64,000 bases of DNA, taken from NCBI GenBank assembly GCA_964016885.1, contig OZ024754.1, positions 11,594,001-11,658,000 of the forward strand, written 5' to 3'. The notes under the pieces were generated by a model. The model searched no databases. It was not told the origin of the DNA and was given only the letters and a program-made list of their open reading frames with translations. A program made the position numbers and the translations under genes. This document shows, piece by piece, positions 55,465 to 64,000 of the stretch; the first letter of the stretch is position 1; the number at the start of each line of letters is the position of its first letter. Origin of the DNA: Eledone cirrhosa. Lineage: Eukaryota.

Positions 55465-55851
55465 GAAGAGGAAAGGTAAAGATGATCTCTTTATATTTTC
55501 AAGGCAAAACCTTTACCTCAAATAATTATCTCACATAATATCGAATCTATGAGATTTTGATATTTATTTTGAGAACAATACCTTAACATCAGTATGAGTG
55601 GCTGGTTATGGCAGGTTTGAACAGAAAGAGGTGAGAGAATTCTGGTTGGATACAGCCGGTTTAAATACTAAAGAATTCTCTCACCTCTTTCTGTTCAAAC
55701 CTGCCATAACCAGCCACTCATACTGATGTTAAGGTATTGTTCTCAAAATAAATATCAAAATCTCATAGATTCGATATTATGTGAGATAATTATTTGAGGT
55801 AAAGGTTTTGCCTTGAAAATATAAAGAGATCATCTTTACCTTTCCTCTTCT
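55465..55851. repeat. Perfect ~180-bp inverted duplication with a ~28-nt loop
   Basis: 55465-55643 is the reverse complement of 55672-55851; spans a SINE-to-MITE junction. Confidence 0.92.
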
Positions 55852-56911
55852 TATAAGTGTCTAGTTACAACCAGTTTGAACAAAGAAATGAGAGAATTCT
55901 GGCCGGATACAGCCGGATTAAATGCTAAAGGGTTAATACAATGTTCTAATGACTTTGCCAATTCACTGCCTAAATACAAAGGAATGACATATGTCATTTT
56001 ATAACATAAAACTCCACAAAGAATACTATAAACTATTGAGACAAAGCTACCAGAAGTTATATCAAACTATTAATGTATTTTTTGTTTAGCCGAACTCGGA
56101 GAAATATTCTACAGATTGATTTTTATTAATTTTTTTTTTGTTTCATTTTATTTTGCATAAAAGAAAACTTAGTTTATATTATATATACTATGGACATGTT
56201 TATAGTACTACGTTGACAGAAAATAAACCTGAATATAAACTTCTCAATAGTAGAAGAAAAAAGAGGAAAAAGAACCAATCATCAGATTGGACCAAAGACC
56301 CAATGTTTCCATTTGTCTTTCCATTTCTATTACTGATATAATCTGCTGGTTGCAACTCCAGGCAAGAGGAGGAAGGATTTGAACACAGAACCAGATGAGA
56401 TATTGATTCATTAACTAATGCACCGATCCCCTCCACTGCTGCCACCACCACGACTGGCACTCTTTTGTTGACCCCATAAAAGAATTAGCCACTTTTCTTA
56501 TAAACAAAATCAATTATTAAATAATTGTTTCTACTTTTGGCACAAGGCCAGCAATTACCTCAGTGCATTACTGGTACTTTATTTTAGCGACTCCGTAAGG
56601 ATGAAAGGCAAAGTTAACCTTGGTGGGATTTTAACACAGAACGCAAAGGACCATAACTATGCTGCAAAGCATGGTGTCTGACGCTCTACCAATTCTGCCA
56701 ATCCACCGCCCTTATCAATTATTAAGTAATGCCAACTTACTGGTGAATTATACCATCTTTTGTTATTTTAAAATTGCAAATAAATAATACAACAAATATT
56801 TACAAAAGCACTCACAAATACAAATGATAAACAAATATAAAGTGAAGAAAGTGCAAAGCTGTCTTGACATTGACACAAATAATTGTTTAAAGACGGATGT
56901 AGGTGACATAC

Positions 56912-56997
56912 CCCAGAGGAGACTGCTGGCGCTCCTGATACTTTGCAAGATGGTCACCCACTAATGCTTGGTCAGCATCATCAATCAACGAGTCAGA
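56912..56997 (-). CDS. ATP6V0A1: V-ATPase subunit a exon, N-terminal variable region (SDSLIDDADQALVGDHLAKYQERQQSPL-G)
   Basis: TAG acceptor and GTATGT donor; 86 nt, phase 0-2. The terminal GG joins the first G of exon 49018 to give the conserved ...LGF(V/L)AGVI junction. Sequence itself is poorly conserved. Confidence 0.75.
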
Positions 56998-57767
56998 CTA
57001 GTGTTAAGCAAATGAAGAAATTAACATAAATTTTCTTCATAATCATTTAAAATGATAACTGGTTGATAAACACATAATTTAGTCTATACATTAATGGTTA
57101 GATTTACATTTAGATTTTTTTTCTTTTTTTGTAAAGCTGTACAAAAACACAAAAGGAGAGAGGATTCAAACAGGAAAGGAGTTGATTGCCAAAACAGACC
57201 AAAGGAAACAGGGTTTCCTTTAGTGATACTATTTGCTGATCACAACTCCTAACAGAAGAAAAGAACTGATCATCAGAACACACCAAAGAAACAGTTGTTT
57301 CCATTGGGTTTTTTTCAGTACCAATACTATCTGTTGATTACAAATCTCAGCAGAAGGCAAAGCACCCCATCTGGCTCTTTAAAAATTCTGCCAATGCACC
57401 TCGCCCAGACTGGTGTGGTACTTTATCAATCCCAAATGGATGAAGGGCAAAGTTGACCTCAGCAGGATTTGAACTCAAAACACAGTGAGTCGGAACAGAT
57501 ATTGAGGCATTTAATCCAATTTGCTGCCATAATATAATTATGACAAAACAATCTTCAAAATCATTAAAAGAGGGAGAAGATTAAAGGAGGGAAGAGGAAA
57601 AAAAAAAAACAAATATATAAAAATATATAAATATTAAAAGTGTATAAATTACAGAAAATCTACAAACTACTAAATTATGATCAAAGAATTTGATTCAACA
57701 CACAAATTTTTAGAATATTTTTGTCATTCTACCACCATCAACATATTCAATACATGAACGAGGAAAG

Positions 57768-57803
<36 letters not shown>

Positions 57804-59660
57804 GGTCATAAAATATATACAACAGAGTAATAAAATCTGAAAATGAAATTGATTTTTTGGGGTTTGTTTTTTTATTTAGGTAGATAAATTCTTTGTATAA
57901 GTTGTATTCTAAAATGTACAACACCAATATTTTTTTTATTTTATTAAGTAATAGCTTCAATGGAATATAAAAAATATGTGTGTGGTGTGGTGTATGTGTG
58001 TATGTATGTATGTATGTGGTGTGTATGTATGTGGTGTGTATGTGTGTTGGACCTTCATTGGTTCTGGTAAATGTTCCAGCTGTTCTTACAATGGAACAGC
58101 CTGCTTATGAAATTAATGTGTTATGTGGTTGGATGCACATTCCACAGATGTGTTCACTCATGACAGAGTTCTCAGGGAGATTTAGCATGGTACTATGTGA
58201 AAACAAGGATGGCTCACTGAATTACAAGTCCAATGTAATTTGGTTAGCTGAGTGGACTAGAGTAACTTGAAATAAAGTGTTTTGCTCAAGAACATAATGC
58301 CCTGCCAAAAATCAAACTCATGAACATACAACCATGAGCTAAGCACTCTAACCACTAAGCCATGCATCTTCACATACAGCATATGCTAACTGAAGCAACA
58401 TGAAATGAAGTGTCTTGCTCAAGAACACAATGCACAGCTATAGGATTATGAGCTGAACACCCTAAGCACGCACTAAACCATGCACCTTCACTCATAATAC
58501 ACAGATTGGTAATATTTAAAACACAGTTCTATCTTTCCACAGTTCAAACGCACTCGATAAATAAGCCATGACAAAGTCTGGTTCTAAAATATTCTAATCA
58601 AGTTACTCATTTGTGTTGACACATCCTACGACAGTTTCTCTAGGGACAACTTCATCACTTAGAGCACAAATGTTCTTGCTCTTCCAACTACTAAATCAAG
58701 GCAGGGGCCCTGTCAGATGGAATGGCTGATGCAACAAGTATCGCTGGCTGTTCTGCGACAATGATTTCACCACCTTGTCCATGGGGTGCAGCTGTGATAT
58801 ATTGCCAGGTCAGGGGTGTAGAGTTTTCTCCGCTTCCACATTTCCTCTTTAACATTAATTAATGTGATTTGCTTTGCCATAAACATAAGTTTTCGGCCAA
58901 GTGGAGATGATAACAGTTTTATCAAGATCATAATATAACTTCTCAATAAAATACACAGCTCCTCTTTTATTTTCATGTCTACTTTAGACTGATGATGATG
59001 ATAGGTGTGAAAAGGTGCTGTAACATTGCTATAAACTATAAGACGATGGACCGAAATTCAGCACTGGATTAATGAGATAAAAATTTTAGAGCAATGACAA
59101 TGCTTAAGATTAAGTATAAAATATATAACAGGTTAGTCAATTCAAACATTTCTAGTATTGTTACTTGTCAAGGAATCTTTGTAAAAATGTACAGTCTTAG
59201 AGTAAAGACTTCAATTTTAAATGTAATGCAGTCATGCTGTTTTGTTCTTTTCAAGAATGTCTTGCTAATGAAGTTTTATGTGGCTTGTTAAGTCCAACGT
59301 TTATAGTATCTTTATTAGTGGACATATAGTCATGAAAATTTGTATTATTAGAATAAAGACCTTCATCTTTAATGTGATGCAGTCATAGTGCTGTTTTGTT
59401 CTTTTCAAGAATGTCTTGCTAATGCAATTGCATACAGTGTAAGGCATTGAGAGTTAAGGCAATGAACTATTCTAAACTATAATATATGCTACCTTCTTAA
59501 AACTAGATTAACAGAACCACTGACAGTCTTAGCCAACACAAAACCAGTGACAGAATACAAGCTGCTGACCTCTTAGATAATTAGCCAACACTGTATTGTA
59601 CTGCCATTTCTAGCTCTCAAAATACATGCCAATAGTAATTATAATTATTGCTATCAAGAT

Positions 59661-60160
59661 TTAACCTTCCTGATACCAATCCAGCCAAAACAATCTGAAA
59701 CTGGCTTTGGTTCTACAATAAAAAAAATGTTTATTTCAAAATGTTTATATTTATCTAAAAAAACCTTTCTTCATAATAATTTTATGTAAAAACCTTTGTT
59801 GCGTTATCCTCCAGTCCTCAGTTAAATAATAAGTTAGTTATATTACTAAATCCCTCTAAATAGGTGATTAGTTTCAAAATTATTTGGAAAATTAACCCTT
59901 TAGCATTTACATTACTTTATATATACTATTGCATTTTTGCAGTTAATGCTTTACCTCACATAATTATCTCACATAATATCAAATCTATGAGATTTTGATA
60001 TTATTTATTTTGAGAACAATACCATAACATCAGTATGAATGACCAGTTACAGCTGATTTGAACAGAAAGAGGTGAGAGAATTCTGGCCGGATATGACCGG
60101 TTTAAATGCTAAAGGTTTAAAGGCAGTGTTTTTCATTTAAAATATGGTAACAACAAGGTG
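59661..60160. mobile_element. TTAA MITE family B with a nested family A copy; other B copies near 114-327, 2889-3108, 18178-18390, 61935-62143
   Basis: ttaaccc...ataccaa at the left end, aaatatggtaacaa...ggttaa-like at the right; family A inserted at TTAA 59892. Confidence 0.65.
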
Positions 60161-62483
60161 AACTAAGTTTACTAAGAATGTCTTCCTCTATAGTTTAAAT
60201 ATGACTTGAGTGATCTTAGTAAGGTAAACTAATAGAATTCTTGTCTAATACACAATGACTACTCCTCACTGTGATGAGGTGTACTTCTTTGATACTTATG
60301 TAACCATGTGTATCCCAGTTCTAGAATAGGTACACCATATCCCTGCATGTCGTGAGAGGCAACTAAAAGAGTTGGCATCAAGAAAGGCATCCAGCTGTAA
60401 AATATTCTCTCAAAACATCCCATCCAATCCATGCCAGCATAGAAAAGTGGACACAGACATGGTGACGATGATGGTGATGATACAACTAAGTAGATTTAAT
60501 CATTGAGAGTAAATCAGCTCTGCCTGAAACAAACACAGTGCAAGTGGGTTAATATGAATCCCAGACCTTTCAGTCTGTAGACATGTACCAATCTACTAAT
60601 TGGTACAGCTCATACCTATGTAGGTTTAAGTGGTCTCATATGAGGCCGTATCATATAGGAAGAGGTTTCTCAGAAGATTCCAACTCTACACGGATGCCAG
60701 TCCATTCTATGTAGGTTTAACTGGCCTCCTATAAGGCTGTATCTCATAGGAGGTTTCTCAAAGAAGACTCCAACTCTACAAGGATGTCAGTTCATTGTAA
60801 GAGATAATTGCCAGCTGCTGCTGTTGATACTCATTTTTCTTTTACAGCTGAATGGACAAGAGCAATGTGAAATGAAACGTCTTGCTCAAGAACACAACAC
60901 ACTACTTGGTCCAGGAACCAAACTCATGACCTTATGATTGTGAATGCAAAATGCTAACCACTAGGCAGCGTCATATTTAGGACAAATGAGGCCCTGTGTT
61001 ACTTAAGTTATGAGGCCCCTTACTTGGACCCTGAAGGAGATGAAACATTTTTTTTGGCAGGAAGATGAATGCCAAACGGGGCCCTGTGCTTCAACCCACC
61101 TAAGCTCTAATGGTAAATCTGGCATTGCCACTAGATCATGCTCCTTCACTTAACCAACTGCAGCTTTCATAACCAATAGTAAATTAATGCCGATTTCTTA
61201 GTTATATAGCATTGATACATACTATGTAAAGAATAGTTCTTGTTGAGAAGGACATACACATTTTCAATGTTAACATTGCAACTAAAAATAACTGACATTC
61301 CTGCAAAAATATTAAAACAACAATACTTAGCCCTGTTGTTATATTTTCAATGGTTAGAAAAAGAAATTAGAGTTAAATATTAGAAATAGAGCTGCAATTC
61401 ATGGTACCAGTAATTTGTGTAGCAGGGTGTGATTAGCAAATCCAGCAATGAAAGCTCAGTCATTTAAGAGAAATAGAGAAGTAGAAAGGAACTTAGAAGA
61501 TGATGTCACAAGAAAATAGTTTCTATAATGTTATTAATATCAACCCTTTAGCATTTACATTACTCTACATTTACTATTGTATTTTCATGGTAAAGGCTTT
61601 ATCTCACATAATATTGAATCTATGAGATTTTGGTATTTATTTTGAGAACAATACCTTAATATTAGTATGAGCAGCCAGTTACAGCCGGTTTGAACAGAAA
61701 GAGGTGAGAGAATTTGTCAGATATGGCCTGTTTAAATGCTAAAGGGTTAAAAGACATTAAAAATGTAAAAATGAACAACAAAATAATTTCTTCAACAATT
61801 TTTTAGATTCATTTTTAACATCCCACAGTGACTGAGCAGAAAATTTAGAAAAACAGATTTGTTAATTCAAAGGTTTAAAGTATTTTTAATAATAGATAGA
61901 TCATTGTGAACATTTTAGAATTAGAGTAAAGACTTTAACCCTTTTTTTAATACCAAACTGCCTGGAACTGTCCCTGCTTATACGATACAAAACTGTTTAT
62001 TTTAAAGTGTTCATATCTATATTAAAAAAAAACACCCATCATAATTTTATTACTAAATCCCTACAAATTTTTGATCATTTTTAATATTATTTGAAAACCA
62101 TAGACAATGTAATTCATTAGAAATATGGTAATGATATGGTTAATTCTTAATGTGATGCAGTCAATTATGAGGAAAATAATGTATATATGTTTGTTAATTG
62201 ATTCTTAACATCCTGTAAATATTTAGCAGAAAATATCTAAAATATCTATAGAGAAAATATTTTTATATTATGACTGATAAGTTTCAGAAAGCCTTTACAA
62301 TGCAGTAGAAATATATAAAGGGCAAAGGATGACAAAACAAAAAGCAATGTTTCGTTTGTTTTTACCTAGTATATTCCAACATATTTCAGAGTCAAAACGA
62401 AAACGGTTCCAAACAAAAAAAGTACGATCGATGTGTTTTTCCCTAGCTGGTCTAAGTGTCTAGAATATGCATATGTGGAGCAT

Positions 62484-62795
62484 TTATAGTAGCCACTCTG
62501 CTTCATGCAATTCTAATCTATTATTTATTAGTGGATTTTGCATATGAATGATTAGAGCCTCTTTGATTCTTAAATTCCCCACATTTCTTTCTGTTGCCTC
62601 TATGGTGACCTCAATGCTTTGTCTGTGGCATATGTCAAGGTGTTTTTTGACAGAAGCTCTCATTGTCATGAGCTCTTTGATCTGTATGTGCAGCATTTGG
62701 ACTGTACTTCCGATGTACGAGGAGCTACATTTTTTACATGTGACCTTGTAGACTACATACAATTTTTTAATAGGTTTGTTTGCAGAAATAATCAT
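62484..62795 (-). mobile_element. Penelope-like GIY-YIG endonuclease fragment (decayed)
   Basis: VVYKVTCKKCSSSYIGST...L..QIKEL...H...C...KEALII....PLINN: GIY-YIG with CxxC; the usual R..EH is altered. Confidence 0.88.
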
Positions 62796-63604
62796 GGTTA
62801 TGTAATTTGTTTTTGTCCTGACTGGTTTCAGCTATGGGTTGCCTTTCAAAGTTTCATTTGTACTGGTGTTGTGTATTTTTTAACATGTATTGGTATGTAT
62901 TATTAATGTCCCCTCTTGTTAATTCAGATATTTATAGTATCTTTACTAATGAATAGATTCTTGTAGAAATTTGCAGATGTAGTTATAGTGCTGTTTTATA
63001 CTTTTCAAGAATGTCTTGCTAATGCAGTTTCATGTGATACAAGATGTTAAGGAAGAAAACATGTAAGGAACTGATTGATGATAAGATAGGACCAATGGAA
63101 ACATAGTTTCTATTGATTTTCCATTACTGATACTATCTGCTGGTCGTACATCCTGGCAAAAGGAGGTAGGGATTGAATTCAGAATGCCCAAACCCAAATC
63201 GGATAATAGAAAGCATCCTATCTGACTTTTTAAAAATAATTCTGCCAATCCACCACCAAAGGACTGGTACTTTATTGATCTCAAAAGGATAAACTCAGAG
63301 TGCAGTGAATCAGAAGAAATACCAAGGTTTTTAATCTGACACCACCTTAATGACTGCCAATTTGCCATATGTGAAAAATTATTTTAAAAAGAGATTGTTT
63401 TATTTATATAAAACTATATATAAAATATATAAATTATATATATTAAATGAAATATATAAATTATACCAAATATTAAAAAAAATTTTCAAGCTAATACTTG
63501 TTTTATTGGTGAATAGAAAAAGAAGAGAAAGGCAAGGGCTCTACAGAAGAATGGGAGGGTGATGGGCTCTGGGCCTAGGGTACAGCGGTGTTGGGGATGG
63601 CCCC

Positions 63605-63835
63605 AGTGGAGAAAACCGCATTTCCGCAGACAATGGCCAGCGACACCCACTGCAACAGCCACCCCACCTCATTGGGCTCCTTCCTCAGACACACTGCTAA
63701 TGTTTTGATCTAGTGGAGGAGCTCGGCAGTATATCAGAGGTCTCGACAGCAACCGGTGCCAAGTGGCCAGACAATACCCAGTATTTGTTTGTCTTCTTTT
63801 CCTCTGCATTGTGGGCCACAGTACGGGGTTTGTGG
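63605..63835 (-). mobile_element. Decayed CRE-like non-LTR REL endonuclease C-terminus
   Basis: AEEKKTNKY...APVAVETS, then after a frameshift EPNEVGWLLQWVSLAIVCGNA (cf. LQR.S.A..RGNA). Confidence 0.65.
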
Positions 63836-64000
63836 CCGAAGCAACTAAGTTATTTAAATTATAAAATAGATTTGACGTTAATTAATAAAGATCCCATAAC
63901 TCCTTGTGGAGTTGTAGAGGCGCCATCATACTGTGTATCTAGGGCACTTTTAAGTGCCTGGCAGAGCCCAACCTTCTCCAGGTCTGAACACAGCCAATTT

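Overview
AT-rich, repeat-dense animal genomic DNA. The SINE, RTE-LINE and microsatellite landscape suggests an octopus or other coleoid cephalopod (inference). The whole window lies inside one minus-strand gene, a V-type H+-ATPase V0 subunit a (ATP6V0A1-like). I could read 15 in-frame GT-AG exons between 56997 and 3566; the N-terminal and C-terminal (TM7-8) exons lie outside the window. Two candidate exons for the cytosolic loop after TM6 (one carrying polyQ) may be alternatives. The introns hold decayed RTE, CR1, R4/Dong-like, CRE-like and Penelope retroelements, a piggyBac remnant, TTAA/TA/8-bp-TSD MITEs, tRNA-derived SINEs, four minisatellites and about 7 kb of (TA)n. The most notable signal is a set of sequence-unrelated, non-coding fold-back elements embedded in (TA)n tracts. 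Several carry a minimal type I hammerhead ribozyme on both strands (CUGANGA...GAAA, palindromic helix III, often followed by AATAAA). Three unrelated hammerheads share a C-C mismatch at position 4 of helix II, and some elements share a tail motif. They look like non-autonomous Penelope-derived, retrozyme-like elements. All coordinates were read by eye; no searches were run.
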